DNA of 64,000 nt from Bacilli bacterium (GTDB taxonomy: Bacteria > Bacillota_I > Bacilli_A > RFN20 > UBA1709). This document shows, one piece after another, positions 20,400-29,724 of this stretch. Below the pieces are notes generated by a model. That model ran no database searches. It had not been told where the DNA came from and saw nothing but the letters and a program-made list of their open reading frames with translations. Within the stretch, counting starts at the first letter, position 1, and every line of letters starts with the position of its first letter. The stretch spans positions 832,001-896,000 of the forward strand of contig JBMNFL010000001.1 in the NCBI GenBank assembly GCA_050949315.1. Reading direction: 5' to 3'. Position numbers and translations under genes: made by a program.

Positions 20400-21167
20400 A
20401 TGGCAAGACAACTTGGTCTTTCCAAAATAAGTGAGGTGATAGGTATTAAAACAAGTATTATAGCTAAGTTCCAAGCACTGATCTTACGTAGAGTGTTTGT
20501 AACTAGAGCACTAGCAATAGTCTCTGGCATACTTGGTTTAACAATCGCCCTAACTTACTATGGAATAAACGTTGGAAACTTTGTCATCAGTGTTGAAGGG
20601 AATTATGTTGCTTCAATTGCTCTAACGGTCGATGAGAATAAAGAAGATCTCAGATCGACTCTGATTGCGGATAATCAAAGAGACATACTCGACGCCGATT
20701 ATTCCTTTATCCCAAGTACCGTAACCGAGGGATTAGGCAACAAATACTCCGAAAGCGCTCGCTACTACGCCTATTCGTTCTATCTAGTGAACGTAGGGAC
20801 AGTAGCCGTTAACTACACGATGGAATTCAATCTAGTAAGAGCTAATAAGCAACTAGACTCCATCCTAAGAGTGATGATAGTTAAAGATGAACAAGAAACA
20901 ATTTACGCCAAGGCCAGAGAAACCGAAAGCCATTATGGCGAACCGGAACCCGTAATTGTTGGACGGGCCGACAACATCATCGGTTATACAACCCCCTTCA
21001 TTGAAGATCAAACTAAAGCAATTATTCGCGAAACCTACTATGATTTTCAAGAAAATGAATCCCATCGTTATACAGTGGTCATGTGGTTGGATGGCTGGGA
21101 TGCTGAACAAGTAGACGAGATGAAAGGTGCCGCCTTACAAACGGAAATCAAATTCACAATTTTGTAA
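20400..21167 (+). CDS. membrane-anchored/secreted protein related to SipW-class (TasA/BsaA-like) fibre proteins
   Basis: N-terminal TM, beta-rich body, FYLVNVG...Y, C-terminal YTVVMWLDGWD...GAALQTEIKF parallel to the next gene; start uncertain. Confidence 0.55.
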   Translation: MARQLGLSKISEVIGIKTSIIAKFQALILRRVFVTRALAIVSGILGLTIALTYYGINVGNFVISVEGNYVASIALTVDENKEDLRSTLIADNQRDILDADYSFIPSTVTEGLGNKYSESARYYAYSFYLVNVGTVAVNYTMEFNLVRANKQLDSILRVMIVKDEQETIYAKARETESHYGEPEPVIVGRADNIIGYTTPFIEDQTKAIIRETYYDFQENESHRYTVVMWLDGWDAEQVDEMKGAALQTEIKFTIL

Positions 21168-21189
21168 ATGAAAGGAAAAGGAAAAAATT

Positions 21190-21969
21190 ATGAAACTATC
21201 TAAAAAATTATTTGCAGCCGCTGCCACATTAGGCTTAGCTGTCGCTGCCACTGTCGGGTCGACTTATGCTTGGTTCTCTATGAACACAACTGTTACTGCT
21301 ACAGGTATGCAGGTAACTGCAAAGTCCGATAACACATTCTTGCTCATCAGTGCAACTAATACAACAGCAGCTAATATTCAAACTGAAGGTGCAATAACTG
21401 TTGCATTGACCGTAACCGATGAAGAATCTAAAGTATACCCATCAAAACCGATGGAAGAGAGTGAAGTTGGCGCAGGCAATTTGTTTGAAACCGGTACTGC
21501 TGTAACCGATACAGCAACCGCTGCTGTTCCTGCAAACTGGTACACTGCAAATAGTTCTGATCCTGCATCAAGTACAATGGATACAAACAGTGCAAATCCT
21601 TTGGGATCATTTGCAGGTTATGTTATCACAAAAACAGTATATCTTACTGTAGCAGAGGGAGCAAATGATGTTAATAATCTCAAAGTTACTCCCACTATTA
21701 CAGCAAAGGACAGCAAAACAATCGATGCAGCTAAAATCCTTGTTATAACAAGCGATGGTGGTTTCGCAACGTTGACATCCACAATGAGTGGTACTAGCAT
21801 AGATATTAAAGGTGTTAATACAAACCTGTCTGATGAAACCGTTCTTACTGTAAACATTTACATATACTATGACGGAAGCGATGCATCTGTTAATACAAAC
21901 AATGTGGCAAATCTTGACGGTGCAACCATAGACCTCGCATTTAATGTTGATGCTGTTCCTGCTACTTGA
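21190..21969 (+). CDS. SipW-dependent-type signal peptide protein (TasA/camelysin-like fibre subunit)
   Basis: MKLSKKLF-hydrophobic-GSTYAWFS signal, Thr/Ala-rich beta body, IYIYYDG.D...IDLAF C-terminus. Confidence 0.8.
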   Translation: MKLSKKLFAAAATLGLAVAATVGSTYAWFSMNTTVTATGMQVTAKSDNTFLLISATNTTAANIQTEGAITVALTVTDEESKVYPSKPMEESEVGAGNLFETGTAVTDTATAAVPANWYTANSSDPASSTMDTNSANPLGSFAGYVITKTVYLTVAEGANDVNNLKVTPTITAKDSKTIDAAKILVITSDGGFATLTSTMSGTSIDIKGVNTNLSDETVLTVNIYIYYDGSDASVNTNNVANLDGATIDLAFNVDAVPAT

Positions 21970-22039
21970 TTTAGAAAAACAAAATATTACATCATACTAA
22001 GTTGTTGACATAAATCTCAAAACCACATATCTTAACTCC

Positions 22040-22076
22040 ACCCCGTGCTTGTAGTAACAGGCACGGGGTAATTTTT
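22040..22076 (+). terminator. hairpin terminator after the fibre operon
   Basis: ACCCCGTGC...GCACGGGGT followed by AATTTTT. Confidence 0.65.
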
Positions 22077-22154
22077 ATGCAAACGATAGATCCAAACTGG
22101 GCCACGGAAAACGATGGGTGCATGACATACAACAAAGTGACACCGACACCAACG

Positions 22155-23491
22155 GATAGAGTACAATAAAGTTCGCAATTTCGAGAAGGTATAGAAAAGC
22201 CATTGGGACTCCTTTAAAATGAATGGTGTCAAGACATTCAAAAAGGAGTTGGTCCCAATGACTCAAGGAAAGAATAACACAGATCTTACGGAATTGCTAC
22301 TGAAATGTATGGCGGAGCCCGACCCGATGCTCAGTATGCTGGAATGGCTCTGCGCTCAACTGATGGAGGCGGAGGTTTCCGGCCTTGTGGGGGCGGAAAA
22401 GAATGCGCACAATCCGTCTCGAAGTGACTACCGCTGCGGATATCGTCCCCGGAGGCTGGATACTCGCGTAGGGACGATGTATCTCATGGTGCCAAAGCTG
22501 CGCAGCCATGGATATATCCCGTTCTTTGTCACTGAACGCAAACGCAGCGAGGCGGCGCTGGTACAGGTTATTCAGGAGGCATTCGTGCAGGGCGTGTCCA
22601 CACGGAAGATGGAAAAGTTGGCTCACAGTCTGGGGATAGAGAACCTCTCCCGCAGTCAGGTCAGTGAGATGACAAAAGGGCTCAATGAACAGGTACAGGA
22701 ATTTCGCAACCGTTCTCTGACGGATACTCGTTATCCTGTCATTTGGACGGATGCCCTGTACGAAAAAGTCCGTATGGATGGCCGTGTCGTCAGCATGGCG
22801 GTGATGGTTGTCTGCGGCGTCAACGAGCAAGGGCACAGGGACATTCTCGCCGTGGAGCCGATGCTGGACGAATCCAAAGAGAGCTATTCCCAGTTGTTTC
22901 AAAGTCTTTTGGATCGCGGCTTGAAAACACCGCTGCTGGTGGTTTCCGATGCGAACAAAGGGCTGATTGCCGCCATCCGAGAAAGTTTTCCCGGCGCATC
23001 CTGGCAACGCTGCAAAGTGCATTTCATGCGAAATATTCTGGCCCATATACCGCAGAAAGAAAAAGAATCCTTTGCGGTCCAACTGAAAGAAATCTGGCTG
23101 GCGCCTTCCGTCCAATTAGCGCGACAGCGCGCAAAACAGTTGTCGGAGCAATATGGGAAGCGGTTTCCCAAAGCAATCGAGCTTCTGGAAGACGGGCTGG
23201 AGGACTCACTGGCTTTCTATGCATTCCCCGAGCTTGATGCCCGTAAAATCTCATCGACCAATATGCTGGAACGGCTGAACAAGGAAATCCGGCGCAGAAC
23301 CAACGTCGTCGGGATATTCCCAAACAAAGATTCCTATCTGCGGTTGGTTACAACATATCTCATGGAATACGCTGAAGACTGGTCCGTTTCCAGAGCATAT
23401 TTGAATCCCAAATCGATTCAGACACTTCTGCTAAGCGCAGCTTAATTCATTTCGTGGAGTCCCCAAATTGCGAACTTCTCTTGACATAGCC
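22155..23491 (+). mobile_element. complete IS256-family insertion sequence (1337 bp)
   Basis: 8-bp target duplication CACCAACG at 22147-22154 and 23492-23499; imperfect terminal inverted repeats sharing AAGTTCGCAATT. Confidence 0.93.
22258..23445 (+). CDS. IS256 (Mutator-type) DDE transposase
   Basis: GVSTRK, WTDALYEKVR, VSDANKGL, WQRCKVHFMRN, STNMLERLNKEIRRRT.VVGIFPN. Confidence 0.95.
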   Translation: MTQGKNNTDLTELLLKCMAEPDPMLSMLEWLCAQLMEAEVSGLVGAEKNAHNPSRSDYRCGYRPRRLDTRVGTMYLMVPKLRSHGYIPFFVTERKRSEAALVQVIQEAFVQGVSTRKMEKLAHSLGIENLSRSQVSEMTKGLNEQVQEFRNRSLTDTRYPVIWTDALYEKVRMDGRVVSMAVMVVCGVNEQGHRDILAVEPMLDESKESYSQLFQSLLDRGLKTPLLVVSDANKGLIAAIRESFPGASWQRCKVHFMRNILAHIPQKEKESFAVQLKEIWLAPSVQLARQRAKQLSEQYGKRFPKAIELLEDGLEDSLAFYAFPELDARKISSTNMLERLNKEIRRRTNVVGIFPNKDSYLRLVTTYLMEYAEDWSVSRAYLNPKSIQTLLLSAA

Positions 23492-23509
23492 CACCAACGT
23501 TTGCCCATA

Positions 23510-23559
23510 AATCGTTTTCTTGATACAGGAATCGTTTTCACATAGGCATAATCGTTTTC
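23510..23559 (+). repeat. three direct repeats AATCGTTTTC at 20-bp period
   Basis: Copies start at 23510, 23530, 23550; inverted copies at 22081 and 22107 on the other side of the IS. Confidence 0.75.
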
Positions 23560-24006
23560 TTATACAAAAACCGCTTAAGATCATAGGTGCAGTAACATGC
23601 ATTCTAATAGTCTTAAGCGGCTTTTTTATTTATTTTAACCCTGAGCTCATCAGGCAGATTTGAAATACCTTGGAACAAAGTTGTATAATTTCAAACGTTC
23701 GTTGAATAAAACAACAGTAAGGGTTAGGACACCATCGCCTCCGTTGGCACGATAGCATCAGCTTGATGTCGGGTATGTATTTTTCATTTTTTCCGTTCTC
23801 GGGAACAGGTCAATAATAGGGTTTGAGTCTCGCCGCCTCCGTTGTGTTTCCTGCACTACTTTGATACAATGCACCATTTTCTTCTGTCGGCGAGCTTTCG
23901 TTAACGAGCAGGGTATCGTTAACGAGCACGTAGGATGAAAGAGCTGTCGTATCAGAGCACTCCATGTCTGTCCGAAAATTTTAGTTTTTTTCCCATGTTG
24001 AGTAAA

Positions 24007-24306
24007 TCACGCATCATTATTTATGATTGCCTCTAGCTGAGGTAAGCTCCCACAAAGATCTGGGTCATAGTGTTGGTAAATCAATCTCGTAATCTGGGAA
24101 GGTTCTATTCCCGTTCTTAAAATTTTCAGCATGACAGTGCTGAAATCATCACGGTTCCCACCGTCAATTAAAGCAGCTTCATCTCCCTCAATAATTAGAT
24201 AGGGATTGCAGTGAAGACCTCTGTTTTCATCAGAGTAACCGACCCAGTAAACACCCTCGGCAATATCTACCGGTTCTTTTTCTAAAGATTCCATTTTAAT
24301 TTTCAC
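24007..24306 (-). pseudogene. truncated ODP/FprA-like MBL-fold di-iron protein (N-terminal ~95 aa)
   Basis: IAEGVYWVG, CNPYLI, LIDGG, QHYDPDLCGS; has a GAGGA RBS but stops long before the fold is complete. Confidence 0.75.
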
Positions 24307-24360
24307 GGTTTATTCCTCCTTGTTGGCAATATAACTTTTCATATCTTCTATAACTAAAGC

Positions 24361-24474
24361 ATCCAACCTGACCACACAACCTCAACTTTTTCAAAAAACA
24401 TCTAAATCGACCACTCGCGAACCCATGTTATCCAAACTGACCACTCGTCAAACACCGACATCTAAATCGCTCTG
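24361..24474 (+). repeat. four degenerate ATCYAAAYYGACCAC repeats
   Basis: Copies at 24361, 24400, 24430, 24460 (last three at 30-bp period); related copy at about 22090. Confidence 0.6.
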
Positions 24475-24951
24475 TCACGTTCAAAATCATGCCTTTGGAC
24501 TTGTTCCCACGAACCGATATTTTCACAAATTTTACACATTGTATTTTAACTCTCAAACCTCGAAAAGCCCAATATTACTGGACTTTTGACACACTCACTT
24601 CTCAACCCTTGACATCAATACCACCGTCTCAACGTGGAACGAGAGCATCAGGTTGATGTCTGGTATGTATTCTTCGTTTTGTCCGTTCTCGGGAACAGGT
24701 CAATAGTGGTTTTTATGGGTACTCTCTGTTCAAGGGAACAGGTCAATGGTTTTTATCCGTTCGGGGGAACAAGTCGATACATGGGGTTTAATTCCTGTCA
24801 TCTCCGGTGGCAAAGGTACTATCTATTAATAAAATGCACCGCTCAAATCAAATCGTTATAAGATGCACCCCTTTTGCACACCCTATTTTCAGCCGCCCTG
24901 ATGTTTGTTATCCGTTATTCGCAGAATACCTCAATGGTACGCAGTTGAAAA

Positions 24952-25140
24952 TCAATATTTTATAAACTTAGCTCCTGGAACGCCACAAATGCTGCATTTT
25001 TCCGGGACTAATTTTTCTATATTTCCGCAGACAGGGCAGAGGAAGTAGAAAACTTCTTCTGTATGTCAAAGACTCTCTAATGCATCCTGATAAAGTCCGG
25101 CATGAACCTCTTCCGCTTTCAAAGCAAAGGTAAAGGAGAA
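24952..25140 (-). pseudogene. rubrerythrin C-terminal remnant with in-frame stop
   Basis: Manual translation: FTFALKAEEVHAGLYQDALESL*HTEEVFYFLCPVCGNIEKLVPEKCSICGVPGAKFIKY*; not in the ORF track. Confidence 0.8.
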
Positions 25141-25169
25141 AATTCCTACAATAGACTATAACACTTCAG

Positions 25170-28100
25170 TCAAACCTCCTCGCTTTTTTCTATTATTTGA
25201 ACAAACAGTTCGGCGATTTGCGGGTCGAACTGTGTTCCTGATCCATTCTTAATAACATCAAGAGCAGCCTGTTTGCGATCCTTTAAGGGAAAATCGCCTC
25301 TGTTAAGTACGCGGTCGTAGGTTTCAGTAACAGCAATGATCCTTGACAACAGAGGAATTTGCTCTCCCTTAAGCCCTCTCGGATATCCCTTTCCATCCCA
25401 TCTTTCATGATGGCCATAAACGTATTCTGCCAGGTCGAGTGTGTCATCAAAAAGATTCAAAATTCGGTATCCAACCACAGAATGCTGCTGCATTTTTTCA
25501 CGCTCATCAGCCGATAAAGTCTCCTTATTTAGGACAGCTTCATCCAGCACAATTTTACCGATATCGTGTAGATAACCCGCCCTGCTTAATTTGCTGACTT
25601 CAGTATCAGGGAGATGCAGAGCCGTGCCTAATTTTGAGCACAACTCACTTACATCAACCGAGTGCTGTTTTTCTTTTGGATTCCTCGTGTATAAAGTCTC
25701 AATAATCGTGCCAATAATTTCTTTATTGATGGACTTACGATTCATCGTTTTATCCATATACATGGCGTTTTCTGCGTTTGCCATGATCTCATCAAGCAGC
25801 TGGTCTGGGCTTCGTTTCGTATCAAGACCAAGAGCAATACTGCTCTTGATGGCCTTAACGCGGGCGTCGGCAAACCCGGATTTAATCCTGGCAAGAATTT
25901 TCTCAGCATTTTCTTTGGTTGTGTTGGGTAGAAGAATGATGAATTCGTCACCTCCGACGCGAGCGACTACATCATTCTGCCTGCAAACCTGCAGCAGTAT
26001 TTCAGACGATTTTTTAATTAGCTCGTCGCCAGCTCTATGTCCAAATATATCATTGGTCATCTTCAAACCATTGATATCAGCAAAGATGACAGATAGCGGA
26101 AGATTGTCCGGATTGTCAATTTTTGCTCGGTTGTCCTCAAAGCATTTTCTGTTGTGCAGCCCGGCCAAGGTATCGTAACAGTTCAGATACTGGATCTCAG
26201 CTTCTTTCTGTTTTCGTTCGCTTATATCCATAAAAGTTACAACAGCGCCGGTTATTTCACCGTTTTTATTCTGGGGATATGAATAATATTCCACGTCAAA
26301 AGAAGTACCGTCAGCACGCCAGAATACTTCATCCTCTACGTGGGAACCTTCCCCTTTGATAAATGCTTTGAAAATACTGCAGTCATCAATGGGGAAGGGG
26401 TTACCATCTCTGCGGGTGTGATGAATCTGCCGGTGCATATTCTTTCCTAGTAATTCTTCCTGATCACGATATCCCAGCATTTCAATACAGCTTTTATTAC
26501 AGAAAGTGCAGTTGCCATTCAAGTCAATGCCGTAAATGGCCTCTGCGGCTGTATCCAATATCAACTGAAGTTCGTCTTTACTCTCCTCCAATTGAAAATT
26601 CGCAATATGAAGCTCCTGGGTACGTTTCTGCACGTTAAACTCCAGGTTTTCTATAAACGATTGCATTTTGTCGGCAACCTTATTAAAGCTGTTTGATATC
26701 TGGCCAATTTCGTCATTTCGGATAATATCAACTCTTTTAGACAGGTTGCCGGAAGATAATTCATCAGATACCTGCAACAGGTTTTTCATTGGCCTTTTGC
26801 TTTTCAAAAACTCGAGCGCGTCTTCTTCATTAAGCGGCTTGCTGAACAGATATCCCTGTATCCTATCACAGTTGTGTTCTTGCAAATACTGTAACTGGCA
26901 TTCGTGTTCGACCCCTTCAGCAATTGTGCAGTGCCCAAGCTTATGTGACATCGAAATAATATCGCTTGTTATTGCTTTACTCAGGTCTGCATCTAACAAC
27001 TTATCAATAAAATACTTGTCAATTTTTAAGCAGTCGACGCTCAGCTCTTTTTCTCTGGCTAGGGAGGAATAACCAGTTCCAAAGTCATCTATAGCTATGT
27101 GAAGTCCGGTTTCCCTCAGTTTCTCGATAATGCTATTAACGGCTTCATAATCGGAGGCAAAGACCGATTCGGTAATCTCAATGCCAATATTCCGGGGATT
27201 AACCTGCATCTCGCTCATTAATTCAAACAGCCTGCTTGTAAAATCAGGTTTTAATAGCTGAATAGCAGAAATATTGATTGAAACGCCGACTTCATCATAT
27301 CCACTCGCATTAAGCTTATTAAGGAAATGAAACGCGTTGACAATCACTTTTTCACCAATCGGTATAATGAGCTTTGTCTCTTCGGCAATCGGTATAAATT
27401 CAACCGGTGACACCAGTCCGTGTTTTTCTGTTTTTAACCGTGCTAGCGCTTCAAACCCACAAACAGCATTTGTCTGTAGCTCAACAATCGGTTGGTATTG
27501 CAAAAACAACTCATCATTAGTGCTTTCAAGAACTACGCCCGTAAGTGCTTCCCGGATGTCTCTTTCGCGGTTTATCTCAGCCTCCAGTTCCTCATTATAA
27601 AAACAAGCCTCAAAGTCTTTTTGTGAAACAGCAATAGATCTTTCTGACGCAATCAAGAGCTTTCTTAAGAGTAAATCCACATCGATTTCATCAACGTCCT
27701 GCTCAATTTCGAATATCCCAATCCCGCCGCCTATTCGTTCAGTTGCAAATAAGGCTTCTAATGCTTCTGCTATGATATCGCTAAATTCAACCAGGTCGTT
27801 CTTGTCTTTGTAATCAACAAGATAGAAGACAAACCGATTTTCATAGGTTTGGAACAGTAAGCGGGTATCGGAGCAATGCTGACTCAGTGTTTCAGCAGCC
27901 ATTTTTATAAGGTTCTGTGTATAGTGAAACCCATAATTAGCGGTTAATAACTCAACTGTACTCAAATTGATACTGATGACTGCTCTTTTTAATCCATCCT
28001 TTTTCTTGATATCATTATTCAGAAGCGCATCCAAATAATCACGATTATACAAGCCTGTCCATTTGTCATGCTCATTTATGTATCTGAGATGGTTCTCCAT

Positions 28101-29675
28101 CTCTTTTCTGTCTGAGATATCGAGGATTATTCCTTCCAGCGCTTCAACTTCACCCTCATCATTATATATTCCTTGTCCCATCTCAAGAACCCATTTTCTT
28201 TTGCCGCTTGCAGTGATAATCTCATACTCATATCTAAACGGCTGCCCTTTTTCAAGGATTCGCTTCAATTCGTTCCACAATGCTTCGCGGTATTCAGGGG
28301 AAATGAGATCATTATACGATAGGTCTCTATTGTTTAACAAGCTTTCGGATTTGTATCCAGTCAGATCATAGCAACCTTTTGAAACGTACTGCATCGTCCA
28401 GTCATGATCATATTTGCACTTGTAAGCCAAGCCCGGTAGGTGAGACATTAGAATAGATTCTCTCCGTTCGTTCTCCCTCAATGCAAACTCAAAAAGTTTG
28501 CGTGGCGTAATGTCACGGGAGGAGCCTTGAAATCCCACCGCATTACCATTATCATCGCGGATGAAAGAAATACTCAACTCCAGCCAGATAACGGTGCCGT
28601 CTGCTTTATAATGTTCAACTTCGATCGTCCGCGACCTGTTTTTATCAATTTCGGGATCTTTTTCTTTTTCTAACTCTTCATAAAAAATCGATTGGATTTT
28701 ATGCAACGTTTGTGCTGGAAATTTCTCTTCCATCTTCCTATTCATATGCTCTTCGATGGATTCTCCAAGGAGTTTTTCAACAGAGGGACTTACATACGTC
28801 GTTTTCAGGGTTAAATCCATCTGCCAGACAACGTCTGACATATTTTCTGTGATGCTTCGATATTTCTTTTCGCTTTCAATCAGCGCAGCCATAGCGGCTT
28901 TTTGGTTGGTAATGTCCTGAATAAGACACATATGATTAAGCTTGTTTTCCGCTAAAGGAGCAATAGACGCAACGACCATATATACCCATGCAACCGATCC
29001 ATCGGGTTTAACATATCGCTTCTCCATTGAATAGCTTTTAATTTCACCGGCCTGCAGTTTATTAAAATTTTCTATATCTTCATCCAGGTCGTCCGGATAT
29101 GTAATCTTTGCCCAGCCTAAATTAATGAGCTCTTCTTTTGTTCTGCCTGTAATTTGTTCATATGCAGAGTTTATTTTTATAATATCCTTGTCAGAGTGTT
29201 TAGGATCACGGCTGTGAGAAATTGCTATGCCAATAGGGGCCTCTTCAAAAAGCCTATCAAAGGCAAGAGTGTGTTCGTCAATTTTCTGCGATAGTGCTTG
29301 CTGAGCTCGCATCAGTGCTACATGAACATTGATCCTGGCTTTCAATGAATCCATATGAAGTGGCTTTCGGATATAGTCTACGGCACCAAGCTTTAAGCCC
29401 TTGATTTCATTATCCAATTCATCATAATTAGTCAATATTATGGTGCGCAGCTTCCGAAACCGCTCATCCCGATTCAATGATTCGAGAACCTGAAAACCAT
29501 TCATATTAGGCATATTGAGATCGAGTATGAGCAAGTTGATTTCATCATTCTCCGCAAGTACACGCAAAGCCTCTATACCGTCGCAAACAGTCAACACGGT
29601 ATACTCACTGAGCATGTTTTTGATGATCAATCTGTCCGACGCCGAGTCGTCAGCTACTAAAATTTTAATTAGCAT
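25170..29675 (-). CDS. chimeric c-di-GMP signalling protein REC-PAS-PAS-PAS-degenerate GGDEF-EAL-HAMP-PAS-GGDEF-HD-GYP
   Basis: ILVADD/LDLNMP; EAL (FEALAR, DDFGTGYSSL, AEGVE, QGYLFSKP); HAMP (RNDEIGQISNSFN); RQND..RVGGDEF; HDIGK, HHERWDGKGYP; ATG 29675 after GAAGGAGG. Confidence 0.9.
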   Translation of the reverse strand: MLIKILVADDSASDRLIIKNMLSEYTVLTVCDGIEALRVLAENDEINLLILDLNMPNMNGFQVLESLNRDERFRKLRTIILTNYDELDNEIKGLKLGAVDYIRKPLHMDSLKARINVHVALMRAQQALSQKIDEHTLAFDRLFEEAPIGIAISHSRDPKHSDKDIIKINSAYEQITGRTKEELINLGWAKITYPDDLDEDIENFNKLQAGEIKSYSMEKRYVKPDGSVAWVYMVVASIAPLAENKLNHMCLIQDITNQKAAMAALIESEKKYRSITENMSDVVWQMDLTLKTTYVSPSVEKLLGESIEEHMNRKMEEKFPAQTLHKIQSIFYEELEKEKDPEIDKNRSRTIEVEHYKADGTVIWLELSISFIRDDNGNAVGFQGSSRDITPRKLFEFALRENERRESILMSHLPGLAYKCKYDHDWTMQYVSKGCYDLTGYKSESLLNNRDLSYNDLISPEYREALWNELKRILEKGQPFRYEYEIITASGKRKWVLEMGQGIYNDEGEVEALEGIILDISDRKEMENHLRYINEHDKWTGLYNRDYLDALLNNDIKKKDGLKRAVISINLSTVELLTANYGFHYTQNLIKMAAETLSQHCSDTRLLFQTYENRFVFYLVDYKDKNDLVEFSDIIAEALEALFATERIGGGIGIFEIEQDVDEIDVDLLLRKLLIASERSIAVSQKDFEACFYNEELEAEINRERDIREALTGVVLESTNDELFLQYQPIVELQTNAVCGFEALARLKTEKHGLVSPVEFIPIAEETKLIIPIGEKVIVNAFHFLNKLNASGYDEVGVSINISAIQLLKPDFTSRLFELMSEMQVNPRNIGIEITESVFASDYEAVNSIIEKLRETGLHIAIDDFGTGYSSLAREKELSVDCLKIDKYFIDKLLDADLSKAITSDIISMSHKLGHCTIAEGVEHECQLQYLQEHNCDRIQGYLFSKPLNEEDALEFLKSKRPMKNLLQVSDELSSGNLSKRVDIIRNDEIGQISNSFNKVADKMQSFIENLEFNVQKRTQELHIANFQLEESKDELQLILDTAAEAIYGIDLNGNCTFCNKSCIEMLGYRDQEELLGKNMHRQIHHTRRDGNPFPIDDCSIFKAFIKGEGSHVEDEVFWRADGTSFDVEYYSYPQNKNGEITGAVVTFMDISERKQKEAEIQYLNCYDTLAGLHNRKCFEDNRAKIDNPDNLPLSVIFADINGLKMTNDIFGHRAGDELIKKSSEILLQVCRQNDVVARVGGDEFIILLPNTTKENAEKILARIKSGFADARVKAIKSSIALGLDTKRSPDQLLDEIMANAENAMYMDKTMNRKSINKEIIGTIIETLYTRNPKEKQHSVDVSELCSKLGTALHLPDTEVSKLSRAGYLHDIGKIVLDEAVLNKETLSADEREKMQQHSVVGYRILNLFDDTLDLAEYVYGHHERWDGKGYPRGLKGEQIPLLSRIIAVTETYDRVLNRGDFPLKDRKQAALDVIKNGSGTQFDPQIAELFVQIIEKSEEV

Positions 29676-29724
29676 TATGAATCCTCCTTCTTTAACCCAC
29701 ACCCACTCCAGGCTTTTTTTGACT

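Larger units (their letters stand above)
23730..24780 (-). repeat. cluster of rlmD/rumA 3'-end-like att half-sites, including a ~65-bp direct repeat
   Basis: GACYTGTTCCCNNGAAC motif at 23793-23814, 24683-24704, 24726-24747, 24757-24778 and inverted at 24495-24516. HVETVVLMSRVEK* is encoded at 24636-24595. Confidence 0.75.

Noticed and set aside
22297-23323. Long antisense and alternate-frame ORFs over the transposase, and similar ones across the prophage (e.g. 43383-44342, 49230-50192)
   Set aside because: Shadow ORFs of GC-rich coding sequence with no motifs or RBS.
24361-24780. Possible CRISPR array from the spaced short repeats
   Set aside because: Repeats are degenerate, irregularly spaced and mixed in orientation, and no cas genes are present; att-site scars explain them better.
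24634-24861. 75-aa plus-strand ORF
   Set aside because: It overlaps the att repeat cluster, has no RBS and no recognisable protein features.
25066-25068. TGA recoding (Trp/Sec) in the rubrerythrin fragment
   Set aside because: The gene also lacks its 5' two-thirds; TGA is used as a stop in many genes here and Trp is encoded by TGG.
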